DNA from: Terracidiphilus sp.
Lineage (GTDB): Bacteria > Acidobacteriota > Terriglobia > Terriglobales > Acidobacteriaceae
Assembly: GCA_049518535.1 (NCBI GenBank)
Contig: JBEKRS010000019.1
Coordinates: 12,033-76,032 of the forward strand
Direction: 5' to 3'
DNA length: 64,000 nucleotides
Shown here: positions 40,813-51,919 of the stretch, piece after piece
Position numbering within the stretch: the first letter of the stretch is position 1
Layout: each line of letters begins with the position of its first letter
The notes under the pieces: generated by a model
The model's database searches: none
The model's input: the letters and a program-made list of their open reading frames with translations, nothing else
Told to the model about the DNA's origin: nothing
Position numbers and translations under genes: made by a program

Positions 40813-43800
40813 ATGCCCATCACTCACATTTCGGTGCGCGGGGCGCGCCAGCACAACTTGCGCGACATCAGCGTGCGCATCCCCCGCAATACTCTCACGG
40901 TGGTCACCGGCCTCTCCGGCTCGGGCAAGAGCTCGCTGGCCTTCGATACGATCTATGCCGAGGGTCAGCGCCGTTACGTCGAGACGCTCTCGGCCTACGC
41001 GCGCCAGTTTCTCGACCAGATCGAGCGGCCCGACGTGGACTCGATCGAGGGCCTGAGCCCAGCCATCTCCATCGAGCAGAAGACCACCAGCCGCAGCCCG
41101 CGCTCGACCGTGGGCACCATCACCGAGATCTACGACTATCTTCGCCTGCTCTACGCCTCGGTTGGCACGCCCCACTGCCCCAACTGCGGAAGGCCCATTG
41201 CCCGCCAGACCGCCGACCAGATCGTCCAACGCATTCTCGAACTCGGCTTCGGCGAGCGCGTCACCGTGATGGCGCCCATCGTCCGCGGGCGCAAGGGTGA
41301 GTTCAAAGAGCTGCTCGACCAGCTCGACCGGCAAGGCTTCCGCGCCCGCGTGGACGGCGAACTGATGGACCTCTCCGAGCCGGTTCCACTCGATCGACGC
41401 AAGAATCACACCATCGAAGCGGTAATCGACCGCATCCTGCTCAAGAATCCGCCCGCCGACACGCCACCTGCAGCGGCCGGTAAGCAGTCCAAGCCTCCAG
41501 TAGAAAAGCGCCTTGATTTGGCTGTGGCCAAGGCCTTGCAACTAGCCAACGGACTGGTGCTGGTGGCCGTTACAGGTGGCCAGGAGCAGTTGTTCTCCTC
41601 CTCGATGGCCTGCCCTGACTGCGGCCTCGACGTGCCCAAGCTGGAGCCACGCAGCTTCTCGTTCAACTCCACCTTCGGTGCCTGCCCGGAGTGCCACGGT
41701 TTGGGATCGCTTTACGATTTCGATCCCGCCAAAGTGATCACCGACTGGTCGAAACCATTGCTGGATGGCGGCCTTGGTCCCGGCTCCTCCTCGCAATATC
41801 TGCTCAAGCTCATCAATCTCGCCGCCGACCGATACAAGATCGACCTTAAAACCCCGTTCGAGGAGTTGCCCCCACGCCAGCAGCACATCCTGGTCTACGG
41901 TCCGCCCAAGAACGAGGCCCCTCGCACTGGCTTCCACGGCGTTCTCACCTTCCTTCGCGACAGCATCGAAGAGGCGCGCAGCGACGGCTACCGCGAGTAC
42001 ATGATGAGCTTCATGTCCGCAACGCCCTGCCCCACCTGCCGCGGAAAGCGCCTGCGCCCCGAGTCGCTGGCAGTCAAAATCGGCGGCCTTTCCATCGCCG
42101 ACTTCACCGCTCTGCCGCTCAACCGCGCGCTCTCGGCAGCCATCAATCTAAGCTTCACGGCGCGCGAGTCGCTGGTGGCCGAGCGCATCCGCCACGAGAT
42201 TACTGAACGGCTGGAATTTCTCTGTGCCGTCGGCCTCACTTACCTTTCGCTCGACCGCAACGCCGCCACGCTATCCGGCGGCGAAGGCCAGCGCATTCGT
42301 CTGGCCACGCAGATCGGCTCGCGATTGCGCGGTGTGCTCTACGTCCTGGATGAGCCTTCAATCGGCCTGCACCAGCGCGACAATAACCGGCTCATTGAAG
42401 CACTCGAAAAACTCCGCGACCTGGGCAACACCGTCCTTGTTGTCGAACACGACGAAGACACCATCCGTCACGCCGATTACGTTCTCGATCTTGGCCCCGG
42501 TGCAGGCCGTCTCGGCGGCCAGGTGGTCGCCCAGGGCACACCCGCCGAGATCATGGCCTGCCCCGCGTCGCTCACCGGGCGCTATCTCTCCGGCGCAGCC
42601 ACCATGCTCCAACGCGCCCATCCGCGACCCCTCACTGCCAAGTGGCTCACCGTCACCGGCGCGCGCGAGCACAACCTGCAAGACGTGACGATTCGTATTC
42701 CTCTAGGCGTGATGACCGTAGTCACCGGAGTAAGCGGCAGCGGCAAAAGCACGCTGATCAATGACATTCTTTACCGCTCGCTCGCTCAAACCATCTACGG
42801 ATCGCGTGAGGAACCTGGCGCGCACGAGTCACTCACCGGCGCCGAGCAACTCGATAAGGTTGTCCGCATCGACCAGTCTCCCATTGGCCGCACACCGCGC
42901 TCGAACCCCGCCACCTATACCCAGGTCTTCGCGCCCATCCGCGACCTTTTCGCCATGTTGCCTGAAGCACGCGAGCGCGGCTACAAGGCAGGACGCTTCA
43001 GCTTCAACGTAACTGGCGGAAGATGTGAAGCCTGCCAGGGCGACGGGCAACGTCGCATCGAGATGAACTTCATGCCCGATGTCTACGTGCAGTGCGAGGT
43101 CTGCAACGGACGCCGCTACAATCAGGAGACGCTCGCTGTAAAATTCCACGGCCACTCCATCGCCGACATCCTCGACCTGACCATCGAAGACGCGCTTCCC
43201 GTTCTGACCGATGTGCCGCAGGTGCGCCAGAAGCTGCAAACTCTGGTCGATGTGGGCCTCGGCTACGTGCATCTGGGTCAGAGCGCAACCACGCTCTCCG
43301 GCGGCGAGGCGCAGCGCATGAAGCTGGCGCGTGAGTTGAGCAAACGCCAGACAGGCCGCACGCTTTATCTACTCGACGAGCCCACAACCGGCCTGCACTT
43401 CGACGATGTCCGCAAGCTGCTCGAAGTGCTGCACCGGCTCGCCGACCTCGGCAACACAGTCATTATCATCGAGCACAACCTCGACGTGATTCGCAATGCC
43501 GATTGGATTCTCGATCTCGGCCCCGAAGGCGGCGAAGATGGCGGCCGCATCGTTGGCCAGGGCCGCCCCGCGAAGATTGCTGCCACTCCAGGTTCCTACA
43601 CCGGAGAATTTCTCAAGCGGTATTACACCTCAGCCAACGGCCGATTGGCCGAGATCGAACTCGATGAAGAACCCGCCGTCTCTGACCCACCCATCGACTC
43701 GCCTGCGCCAGCTCTCGCCTCCGAGACCAGAGATTCGGCAACTCATCTCAACGGCTCCGGTTCAAAATCGGACGAGCCCGCAAGCCGCAAACCCAAAGCC

Positions 43801-43860
43801 CAAAAGAAGACTGCTCCTAAAAAATCCCCGACCCGCAGAAAGAAAACGGTGCTGCCTTGA
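40813..43860 (+). CDS. uvrA: Excinuclease ABC subunit A
   Basis: [41 protein letters not shown], zinc fingers. Confidence 0.97.
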   Translation: MPITHISVRGARQHNLRDISVRIPRNTLTVVTGLSGSGKSSLAFDTIYAEGQRRYVETLSAYARQFLDQIERPDVDSIEGLSPAISIEQKTTSRSPRSTVGTITEIYDYLRLLYASVGTPHCPNCGRPIARQTADQIVQRILELGFGERVTVMAPIVRGRKGEFKELLDQLDRQGFRARVDGELMDLSEPVPLDRRKNHTIEAVIDRILLKNPPADTPPAAAGKQSKPPVEKRLDLAVAKALQLANGLVLVAVTGGQEQLFSSSMACPDCGLDVPKLEPRSFSFNSTFGACPECHGLGSLYDFDPAKVITDWSKPLLDGGLGPGSSSQYLLKLINLAADRYKIDLKTPFEELPPRQQHILVYGPPKNEAPRTGFHGVLTFLRDSIEEARSDGYREYMMSFMSATPCPTCRGKRLRPESLAVKIGGLSIADFTALPLNRALSAAINLSFTARESLVAERIRHEITERLEFLCAVGLTYLSLDRNAATLSGGEGQRIRLATQIGSRLRGVLYVLDEPSIGLHQRDNNRLIEALEKLRDLGNTVLVVEHDEDTIRHADYVLDLGPGAGRLGGQVVAQGTPAEIMACPASLTGRYLSGAATMLQRAHPRPLTAKWLTVTGAREHNLQDVTIRIPLGVMTVVTGVSGSGKSTLINDILYRSLAQTIYGSREEPGAHESLTGAEQLDKVVRIDQSPIGRTPRSNPATYTQVFAPIRDLFAMLPEARERGYKAGRFSFNVTGGRCEACQGDGQRRIEMNFMPDVYVQCEVCNGRRYNQETLAVKFHGHSIADILDLTIEDALPVLTDVPQVRQKLQTLVDVGLGYVHLGQSATTLSGGEAQRMKLARELSKRQTGRTLYLLDEPTTGLHFDDVRKLLEVLHRLADLGNTVIIIEHNLDVIRNADWILDLGPEGGEDGGRIVGQGRPAKIAATPGSYTGEFLKRYYTSANGRLAEIELDEEPAVSDPPIDSPAPALASETRDSATHLNGSGSKSDEPASRKPKAQKKTAPKKSPTRRKKTVLP

Positions 43861-44807
43861 ACGACCTCAAAGATACGTCGCAGGAACCGGAGCAAAACTC
43901 GTTTCCGGCGTCGGATCAGTCCTTGCCGCAAGTTGCTCAGCTCTCCAATGAGCCAGCCGATCTCTTTCAGGCCTGGTTGCAGCCAGAAATCGTACCACCC
44001 AAGCGCATTCCGCATCTCGGCCATCTCGGCCTGCTGGCAGCATTCGCAACCCTTGGGTTAGTGTGTGTGGAAGTGCTGATGCTGGTTGCCCTGCATAAGC
44101 ATCTATTTGGCGTTAGCACCATGGAAGCGGCCACGACCGATATTCATTACATTCTGGGCAGTGAAGCGGTCATCTATCTTGTCGCTCTTTTCCTCAGCCT
44201 TATTCTCTTTCCGCTGTTCTGGAACAAAAGCTTTTTTGCCGGCATCCAATGGCGCGGCGCAACGGCTCTCAGGTTGTTTTGGCCATTAGTCGCGACGGCC
44301 CTGGGTTGCTTCGCGCTAGCCACGCTCGACGAATTCTTGCTGCCCGGACCATCGAACGCACCGATCGAAGATATGTTTCGCTCGCCGGGCGCCGCGTGGC
44401 TGATGTTCGGCTTTGGCGTTACCGTTGCGCCTTTTTTTGAGGAGATCGCCTTCCGCGGCTTCCTGCTGCCATCCCTCTGCACGGCCTTCGATTGGGCTGT
44501 CGAACAGAATACCGGCAAGCATCCTCGTCCGCTCGATGCCAACGGCCATCCCCAGTGGTCCATCCCCGCCATGGTGACGGCATCCATAGCCACCAGCCTG
44601 CCCTTTGCCCTGGTGCACGCCGATCAGCAAGGTCACGCGCTGGGCCCATTTGTACTGTTGTTTGCCGTCAGCCTGATCTTATGCGCGGTGCGCCTCATCA
44701 CCCGCTCGCTCGCTGCCAGCACGCTGGTCCATGCCTGTTACAACTTCACCATCTTCTTCCTAATGCTGGTAGGCACCGGCGGATTTCGGCACCTGGACAA
44801 GATGTGA
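43857..44807 (+). CDS. CPBP (CAAX/Abi) intramembrane metalloprotease
   Basis: [17 protein letters not shown]; multiple TM helices. Confidence 0.9.
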   Translation: MNDLKDTSQEPEQNSFPASDQSLPQVAQLSNEPADLFQAWLQPEIVPPKRIPHLGHLGLLAAFATLGLVCVEVLMLVALHKHLFGVSTMEAATTDIHYILGSEAVIYLVALFLSLILFPLFWNKSFFAGIQWRGATALRLFWPLVATALGCFALATLDEFLLPGPSNAPIEDMFRSPGAAWLMFGFGVTVAPFFEEIAFRGFLLPSLCTAFDWAVEQNTGKHPRPLDANGHPQWSIPAMVTASIATSLPFALVHADQQGHALGPFVLLFAVSLILCAVRLITRSLAASTLVHACYNFTIFFLMLVGTGGFRHLDKM

Positions 44808-44972
44808 AGATTGACAACTATTTTTTCCTTCTTTGCAAAGAATTACTGTCCACTAACGCACAATATGAAGTGAATCTCCGAGAGGGCAAAAATGGCGAAA
44901 AGAGAGCGAGTACCGAAAGTGATCAAGAGCAAGCTCTGACTCGGCTCCCAGGCCCCCCTCCCCCCCATATTT

Positions 44973-44996
44973 ACTGTGAAACTGTGAGACTGTGAA
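44973..44996. repeat. 8-bp tandem repeat, 3 copies
   Basis: ACTGTGAA ACTGTGAG ACTGTGAA. Confidence 0.8.
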
Positions 44997-45099
44997 CCTC
45001 CTCGAATCTCCCGATTGATATCTATCTCGCTCCGCGTTTGCCAATTCTGAAATTGCCGAAGTTCCTGGCTCCTCTCTAGCGCTCCCTTTACAATCGACA

Positions 45100-45714
45100 T
45101 TGATGACCGTCCAAAACCACACCCAACAGCTTCTCTCGTTGCTCGCCCGATTGAGCTTCCGTCTCGGCCTGTTCAAGCTCTCCTCCGGCGGCACAAGCGA
45201 TTACTACATCGACTGCCGCACCACGACCCTCCACGCCGAGGGCGGACGTCTCACCGGCCATGCAATTCTTGAACTGCTCGAAAAACACGGCATCGACGCC
45301 GAAGCCGTCGGCGGACTCACCATGGGCGCTGATCCCATCGTCTCGAACGTCGCCACGGCCAGCGCATGGCGCGCGCTTTCGCACCACGGTGCGCCCCTGC
45401 TGCACGGTTTTTTAGTTCGCAAGGCCGAGAAGGCTCACGGCACCGGCCGTCGCATCGAAGGCTTCTGCCGCGAAGGCGCGCGGGTGGTTATCGTGGACGA
45501 CGTCTGCACCACCGGAGCCTCCACCATCAATGCGATTGAGGCCGCCCGCGAGGCCCACATGATCGTCGCCGCAGTCGTCTGCCTCGTCGAACGCGAAGAA
45601 GCCAACGGTCGCCCCGCCGTTGAAGCCGCCGCTGCCCGCGCGCCCTTTCTCAGCCTGTTCACCGCAACGCAAGTCCGCACCGAGCACGTAAAACAACTCG
45701 AGGCCGGCGTATAG
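45100..45714 (+). CDS. pyrE: Orotate phosphoribosyltransferase
   Basis: LSSGGTSDYYID, VRKAEKAHG, VVIVDDVCTTG. Confidence 0.93.
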   Translation: MMTVQNHTQQLLSLLARLSFRLGLFKLSSGGTSDYYIDCRTTTLHAEGGRLTGHAILELLEKHGIDAEAVGGLTMGADPIVSNVATASAWRALSHHGAPLLHGFLVRKAEKAHGTGRRIEGFCREGARVVIVDDVCTTGASTINAIEAAREAHMIVAAVVCLVEREEANGRPAVEAAAARAPFLSLFTATQVRTEHVKQLEAGV

Positions 45715-45751
45715 TCTGCGAGAAAGAGCGGAGAAGAAATCTAAAAAATTA

Positions 45752-45797
45752 AAGCGTTGCGAAGCAAGTCAAAGACCCGCTCCGCAACGCTCTTTTT
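45752..45797. terminator. Probable bidirectional terminator between pyrE and the xylanase
   Basis: AGCGTTGCG...CGCAACGCT stem flanked by A-run and T-run. Confidence 0.65.
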
Positions 45798-45821
45798 GTG
45801 CTAACTACATGTTACTGTCAG

Positions 45822-48011
45822 CTAGTTGACCGTGCACGCCGTTCCGTTGAGCGAAAACGCCGTGGGTATTGCGTTGGTAACGCCGTTCCAGGTACCGTTG
45901 AAGCCGAATCCGGAGTAGCTTCCGCCGGCAGGAATGTTCTCCCATGTTTGGCCGGCTTGTTCGCTCACCGTAACATTCGCGCCGCTCTGTGACACGGCTC
46001 CATTCCAGGAACTGGCGATGGTCTGTCCGTTGGCGAAGCTCCACGTCAGCGACCAGTTGCTTAGAGTGCTTGATCCGCCGTTCTTGATCGTGACCATCGC
46101 TCCGAAGGCGCTCGTGTTTTGCGGTGAGATCGTATAGTCGACGGTGCAGGCTCCACCGCCAACCGAACCGATAGTGAGTGCGATAGTGGTGGTAGCTGTC
46201 GTGGTTCCGGAGGTCCCGGTGATGGTCACTGTGGAGGATCCCGCAGTCGCCGTGCTGCTGGCCGTCAGCGTCAGCACGCCGGAGCTCGTGGATGATGTCG
46301 GGCTAAACGAAGCTGTCACGCCGCTTGGTAGTCCGGTTGCGACAAACGATACGGCCCCGGTGAATCCGCCCGTGTCCGTCACCGTGATAGTGTCAGTGGC
46401 GCTGCTGCCTTGGGCAACCGACAATGTCGACGCCGAAGAACTGAGACTAAAGCCCGCCACCGGCTTGGCACTAACAGAGAGCGCAATGGTGGTGCTTGCC
46501 GTCGTGCTCCCGGAGGTTCCGTTGATAGTCACCGTGGACGTGCCGGCGGTGGCCGTGCTGCTGGCCGTAAAGGTAACCACGCTGCTCCCAGTTGCGGGAT
46601 TAGTGCCGAACGCGGCAGTTACTCCACTGGGCAAGCCAGAGGCGGTAAGAGTTACGCTGCCGCTAAATCCGCCCACGTCCGTCACCGTGACGGTGTCGGT
46701 CGCGCTGCTTCCCTGAGTTACAGACAGAGTAGACGCGGAAGGCGACAGCGTGAAGCTGGGCGAGACAGCGCCCGACGATACGAAAGTAGTGATGCTTTGC
46801 GCTGGCAGCGTGTAAGTGAATGAGCCGCCCGATACGCTCACTGCAGCCTGTTGCGCCAGCTGTACGCTCGCTGAAGTCTCGAACGGCGTAAACGAGCTGA
46901 TCGACGCGCCTGTGGTGGCGAAGGTAACAGTGCTGGGGGAGCCGTTTGCGTTGATCGCCACAATCTCAGATTGTCCGTTGCCCGTGTAAGCCGAAACATC
47001 CACGCCCGAAGTCGGGTTCGCCGTGGCGCTCACGCGAACGGAGCCCGGCCTCACAAACTTCGAAAACTGAGCCAAAGCAAGACCATAGTATGTTGGATTG
47101 TTATTGGGATCAATCAGACCGTAGTTAATAACTCCGCTGCCTGGGTTCCAATCCCAAAGCCACCACCATACATAGGCGTTATACTCAGCCGTCACCATCG
47201 AGGCATGAATCTCCTCGGCCGCAGCGAGCGCGTCTGCAATGGCTGGCTGCGCTCCTGATGGCGTCAGATAGTGTTCGGTCATCCACACTTCTTTACCCTT
47301 GTTCTCCGCATTGGTGTAGAAACTCGGAGATACACCATAGATATGCCCGGCAATGATACCGATCTTGCCCACCGCATTCGCGTCATCCAGCGCTGGATCG
47401 GAAAGACTGGTGACAAAGCTCTCCGACTCCGGCATGATCAGTTTGGTCGTCAACACCGATGCATTGTTGGCCACCCACGTATCCATCGTTGCCCCGGTCC
47501 ACACACACGATTCGTAAGTGACGTTCGCATCCGGCTCGTTCTGCATGGAGATTGCATACAGCGGAACACCACCAGCCGCCAGGTAAGAAGTGAAAAGGTT
47601 CAGATAGTTGGCGTAAGCGGCGTATTCGGAGGTGTTCAGCACACCCTCAACAGTGCTGTTGCTGCTCTTCCAGGCTGCCGGTGGAGTCCAGGGCGTCGCA
47701 ATGACAGTTGCGCCCAATGTGTGCGCCGCCTGCGCATTAGCCAACTCGACGGCCCAATTGCTGCCACCCGTGGTCGATGTGGGATCGATGCGCACCCGCA
47801 AGATGCTGAGGCCCAAGTCGCCGCTGCCCGTGCCGAACAGAGCACTTGCTTGTGCGGTGGTAAGCTGCGGCATCCAGGACTCCGCGCCGCCGAATCCTCG
47901 AATCGTCTGCTCCGAGGTGCCGAAGCTAATATCGGCAGTACTTTGCGCGCTGCCAATGGCAGCAGTGAGTAGACATGTCGTCGCTGCTAGAAAAACCGTT
48001 CGGAATCTCAT
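45822..48011 (-). CDS. GH30 glucuronoxylanase with two Ig-like repeats and C-terminal CBM2
   Basis: IRGFGG, ILRVRID, QNEPD (acid/base), WMTEHY (nucleophile); duplicated STLSVxQGSSATDT units; CBM2-like CTVDY...WNG...FGFNG...C. Confidence 0.88.
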   Translation of the reverse strand: MRFRTVFLAATTCLLTAAIGSAQSTADISFGTSEQTIRGFGGAESWMPQLTTAQASALFGTGSGDLGLSILRVRIDPTSTTGGSNWAVELANAQAAHTLGATVIATPWTPPAAWKSSNSTVEGVLNTSEYAAYANYLNLFTSYLAAGGVPLYAISMQNEPDANVTYESCVWTGATMDTWVANNASVLTTKLIMPESESFVTSLSDPALDDANAVGKIGIIAGHIYGVSPSFYTNAENKGKEVWMTEHYLTPSGAQPAIADALAAAEEIHASMVTAEYNAYVWWWLWDWNPGSGVINYGLIDPNNNPTYYGLALAQFSKFVRPGSVRVSATANPTSGVDVSAYTGNGQSEIVAINANGSPSTVTFATTGASISSFTPFETSASVQLAQQAAVSVSGGSFTYTLPAQSITTFVSSGAVSPSFTLSPSASTLSVTQGSSATDTVTVTDVGGFSGSVTLTASGLPSGVTAAFGTNPATGSSVVTFTASSTATAGTSTVTINGTSGSTTASTTIALSVSAKPVAGFSLSSSASTLSVAQGSSATDTITVTDTGGFTGAVSFVATGLPSGVTASFSPTSSTSSGVLTLTASSTATAGSSTVTITGTSGTTTATTTIALTIGSVGGGACTVDYTISPQNTSAFGAMVTIKNGGSSTLSNWSLTWSFANGQTIASSWNGAVSQSGANVTVSEQAGQTWENIPAGGSYSGFGFNGTWNGVTNAIPTAFSLNGTACTVN

Positions 48012-48365
48012 GATGTTCTCCTCGATTGACTTCCGTTGGTTGGCTTTAAGTAGTGGTGACGAAGCCAAATCGCACACGCGCACCCTCTCCGACGCCTTGC
48101 CAGCGCCTGAAGCGTCATCATGTTTTCGATCTGGTCTTCCTTCGTTTGAGTAGGTGGCCGAGCTTCGCTTTATTTTTAGGCGGGGGAGGACTGCCACCCT
48201 TTGCCGATTGTTGTCGACGGCGAGAATAGTAACTCAATTTAACAGTCGTGCACAACTATCTTTTTGACCAACTCTTTTTATTGACTTCGCGACAACTAAT
48301 AACATATTTATTTTCAATAGAATGACTCGACTTAAACTTCGACCTCAACAATAATTTTCTCAACA

Positions 48366-48403
48366 AACAAAAGACCCCAGGCCTATGCCTGGAGTCTTTT
48401 GTT
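48366..48403. terminator. Intrinsic terminator downstream of ompA
   Basis: AACAAAAGAC-CCCAGGC-CTAT-GCCTGG-AGTCTTTTGTT hairpin, T-run on both strands. Confidence 0.8.
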
Positions 48404-48432
48404 CTCACATCAACCTACGTTCGGAGCTTCTT

Positions 48433-49155
48433 TTACTGCTGGCCCTGATTGGACGCCGCCTGCTGCTGCTCGCCACTCATGTTCGTAAGCAACCGCACCT
48501 CTACGCGTCGATTCTGTTTGCGCCCTTCCGCGGTCGTGTTCGGAGCCACTTCCTTGTCCTTGCCAATTCCGATCAGATAGAACCGGTGCGCTGGAATCGC
48601 ATACTTCGATGCTAAGTACTGCACCACTGCATCGGCCCGCCGCTGGCTTAACTCGTAGTTATACTGTGCCGAGCCAATCGAATCCGTTCCGCCCGTCACT
48701 TCCAGAATGAAACCTTTCGCCGAGCTTATCTGCGCGGCAAAGCTGTCCAGTTGATCGCGGTCATCCTTGGTCAGCATTGCTTTATCGAAACCAAAGGTTA
48801 CCGCTACGTTGGCCATCGGCTTATAGTCGTCCAGCCCCTTCACCACGCTCTCGAGCGAGTCCGCACGATTCACCGCATTATTAGCAGCGGATTCAGCATC
48901 GCCGGCGGCCTTGCTTGCGCCCTGGGCATTCTGATTGGCTGTGTCGGCCGAGCCTTGCGCCTGCTTGATGCCTGCCTGCGCGCGGTCGTCCACGTCGTGA
49001 ATCTTCCGGTTATTATTCGCTGTCTTGTCTTCCAGTTGATTGGTTTGGTCAACCAATGGTGCGGTCTGGTTGCGCACGTAATTCTTTGTCGCGCAACCCG
49101 TCACACCCGCCACTGCCAAACCTGCTACTAAACTCAGCACTCCGACCTTAATCAT
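48433..49155 (-). CDS. OmpA/Pal-family lipoprotein
   Basis: Lipobox VTGC, FGFDKA, GGTDSIGS..YN..LSQRRA, NRRVE. Confidence 0.92.
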   Translation of the reverse strand: MIKVGVLSLVAGLAVAGVTGCATKNYVRNQTAPLVDQTNQLEDKTANNNRKIHDVDDRAQAGIKQAQGSADTANQNAQGASKAAGDAESAANNAVNRADSLESVVKGLDDYKPMANVAVTFGFDKAMLTKDDRDQLDSFAAQISSAKGFILEVTGGTDSIGSAQYNYELSQRRADAVVQYLASKYAIPAHRFYLIGIGKDKEVAPNTTAEGRKQNRRVEVRLLTNMSGEQQQAASNQGQQ

Positions 49156-49403
49156 TCTATGGTTCCTCTCCCCGCCGCGCTTGTTTCCGTGCAGCGCATT
49201 GCTGGCGGAACTGGCGTAAATCTCTGCAACTTTGGATGCATCCAAGGGACCAAACGCCAAACATCTCCAATATCCTGAAAATAAATACCTTGCTTCCATA
49301 TCTATGCGCAGTCCTGCCTCAAAAACCGTGTAATTTTTACTCGAATCGGTAACTATTGCTTCTTGCGCCACTCCCGCTATCCTATGAACTGGCGCATTCC
49401 CTC

Positions 49404-51335
49404 ATGGACTTCTACGAAAAAATCCGCACCTTGCCTACGCAGCCGGGCGTGTACCTCTATAAGAACGCAGAGGGCGAGGTCATCTACGTAGGCAAGGCCA
49501 AGAACCTGAGAGCGCGTGTCCGTTCTTATCTTCTGGAAGCCTCGCAGGCCAACGCCAAGACCGGCTCACTGATGCGCGAGGCCGTCGATCTCGACTACAT
49601 TTTGGTGGGCAACGAGCCCGAGGCTCTGGCCCTTGAAAACAATCTCATCAAGCAGCGCAAGCCGCGCTTCAACATCCTGCTGCGCGACGACAAGACCTAC
49701 CCCTACGTCAAGCTCACCCTCGCCGACCGCTTCCCCAAAGTCTTCGTCACCCGCCGCCTGCGCAAGGATGGCGCAGCTTACTATGGCCCTTACTTTCCTG
49801 GCAGCCTGGCCTGGCGCGTCGTCGAGCTGATTCATCGCAGCTTTTTAATTCCCAGTTGCAAGGTCGACCTCTCCCGCTACCATCCCCGCGCCTGCCTGCA
49901 GTACTACATTCACCGCTGCCTCGGCCCCTGTGTCGAAAGCCTCACCACGCCTGAGATTTACAAAAGCGCCGTCCGCGACGCGCAACTTCTGCTCGAAGGC
50001 CGCCATTCGGAGCTCGAACGCACCCTCACCGCACGCATGATGGAAGCCGCCCAAGCCGAGCAATTCGAAACCGCCGCCCGCCTGCGCGACCAGCTTTCCA
50101 CCGTCCATCAGTTGCAGGAAAAACAGCGCGCCGCTACCGCCGAGCAAGGCGACGACACCGACGTCTTCGGCTATCATTTCGAAGCTGGCTCGCTAGCCGT
50201 CAACCTCTTTCATGTTCGCGCAGGAAAGATCGTCGACCGCCGCGAGTTTTTCTGGGAAGACTTACCCGACTTCCTCGAATCGCCGGCTTCCGAGAACGCT
50301 GAACCTGGGACCGTTGCAATGGAAGGATCGAAAGCACCCGATCAAGGCTCGACTTCAGCACCTGGGGAAAGTAGCCACGAGACACCCTTTCACGCCGGCC
50401 CCGTCTTCAGTGCCCTGCTCAAGCAGCTTTATATCGATCAGCAATACGTTCCGCGCTCCATCCTCGTCCCGGTGGACTTCGACGACCGCGAAGCTCTCTC
50501 CACCCTGCTCACCGAGCGCACCGGTCATCGCATCGAGTTAGCCATTCCGCAGCGCGGCGAAAAACGCTCCCTCGTCGATCTAGCCAGCCAAAATGCCAAG
50601 CAGTCCTACACGCAGCGCTTCCGCGTCCTTGAGCCATCTCGCAAAGCCATTCAAGAGGCTCTTGCCGACATTCTCATGCTGCCAGAATTGCCCAAACGCA
50701 TCGAGTGTTTCGACATCTCGCACATTCAAGGCGCGGAAACCGTAGCCTCGTTGGTCGTTTGGGAAGACGGCAAAATGAATAAGCAGGCCTACCGCAAATT
50801 TAAGGTGATGACCGTCCTGGGCGTGGACGACTTCGCCTCCATGCGCGAGGTCGTCACCCGCCGCTATCGGCGTTTGCAGGACGAAAATCAGCCTATGCCC
50901 TCGCTGGTGCTTGTCGATGGCGGACTCGGCCAACTTCACGCCGCCGCCGAAGCTCTCGAATCTCTCGGCCTCACGACGCAGCCGCTGGCGTCGATTGCAA
51001 AGCGCGAGGAGGTCATCTACCTTTACGGCAACGAGGAGGAGCCGGTGGTGCTCGACCGCCGCTCGCCCGTCCTTCATCTTGTCCAGCTCATCCGCGACGA
51101 AAGCCATCGCTTCGCCGTCGGCTACCATCGCCAGCGCCGCGCCATGCGCGACCGCGACTCGGAGCTGCTGAATATCCCCGGCGTCGGCGCGCAAACAAGA
51201 CAGCGGCTTCTCACTCACTTCGGCAGTCTGCGCGAGGTGCAGCAAGCCACCGCTGAGTCGCTCGCTGCTGTAGTTCCCCGCAAGACCGCCGAAACCATCT
51301 GGCGGCATTTTCATGAATCCCAACCGGTGACCTGA
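49404..51335 (+). CDS. uvrC: Excinuclease ABC subunit C
   Basis: PGVYLY..YVGKAKNLR GIY-YIG, IECFDISH, LVDGGLGQ, RDESHRFA, HhH. Confidence 0.96.
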   Translation: MDFYEKIRTLPTQPGVYLYKNAEGEVIYVGKAKNLRARVRSYLLEASQANAKTGSLMREAVDLDYILVGNEPEALALENNLIKQRKPRFNILLRDDKTYPYVKLTLADRFPKVFVTRRLRKDGAAYYGPYFPGSLAWRVVELIHRSFLIPSCKVDLSRYHPRACLQYYIHRCLGPCVESLTTPEIYKSAVRDAQLLLEGRHSELERTLTARMMEAAQAEQFETAARLRDQLSTVHQLQEKQRAATAEQGDDTDVFGYHFEAGSLAVNLFHVRAGKIVDRREFFWEDLPDFLESPASENAEPGTVAMEGSKAPDQGSTSAPGESSHETPFHAGPVFSALLKQLYIDQQYVPRSILVPVDFDDREALSTLLTERTGHRIELAIPQRGEKRSLVDLASQNAKQSYTQRFRVLEPSRKAIQEALADILMLPELPKRIECFDISHIQGAETVASLVVWEDGKMNKQAYRKFKVMTVLGVDDFASMREVVTRRYRRLQDENQPMPSLVLVDGGLGQLHAAAEALESLGLTTQPLASIAKREEVIYLYGNEEEPVVLDRRSPVLHLVQLIRDESHRFAVGYHRQRRAMRDRDSELLNIPGVGAQTRQRLLTHFGSLREVQQATAESLAAVVPRKTAETIWRHFHESQPVT

Positions 51336-51459
51336 CTTGGTACTACAGTTCTAAACCAAAGATTCCGGACGGAGCAGGGAGCTGAGAGTGCCTGGGTATC
51401 CTTTACGTTTTAGACCTGATATGGTTTCAAGCCTCACGTTCATGAAACCCTGAGAAAGC

Positions 51460-51864
51460 TTGGGATTTTCGTGCTCCTTCGTGCTTTTCAAGCTGTATGC
51501 TACAAAGAACGGTTTGCCTATGTTCATGACCAATGGCATTGTCGCAGTCATTATCGCCGGAAAAATCTTGATGGGGTCCTTAGTGGGACTTCTCATAGCT
51601 GCGCTTATTTACCGATCGAAGTTCAGGATCAGACTCGGAGTGAGAAGTGCGCTATTCGCTGGCATCGCCTACTTGCTTGCTTCAGGGATGGCAGGTTGGG
51701 CAGACGCTCACGCCGCATTTCAGGATGAACACAGACTGGCAGTTGCACCTTGGGGTGAAGATATCCGACTGCGGAATTTTATCGCCGAGAATGAACTCGT
51801 GATCTGTTTAGCAGCCAGTGCCGTTGCTGCGACCTTTGCCAGCGTAGGTTCTGTCTTTAAGTGA
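51460..51864 (+). CDS. Hypothetical membrane protein, AT-richer than flanks
   Basis: Three hydrophobic segments; start uncertain (ATG at 51520 or 51526 possible). Confidence 0.5.
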   Translation: MGFSCSFVLFKLYATKNGLPMFMTNGIVAVIIAGKILMGSLVGLLIAALIYRSKFRIRLGVRSALFAGIAYLLASGMAGWADAHAAFQDEHRLAVAPWGEDIRLRNFIAENELVICLAASAVAATFASVGSVFK

Positions 51865-51919
51865 CGCTCTCTCGTCTTCGCGCTTTTTAAACACAAATGT
51901 TCCGCGTAGAATCGGCTTC

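Noticed and set aside
44973-44996. CRISPR array
   Set aside because: 8-bp tandem units without spacers; no cas genes in the window.
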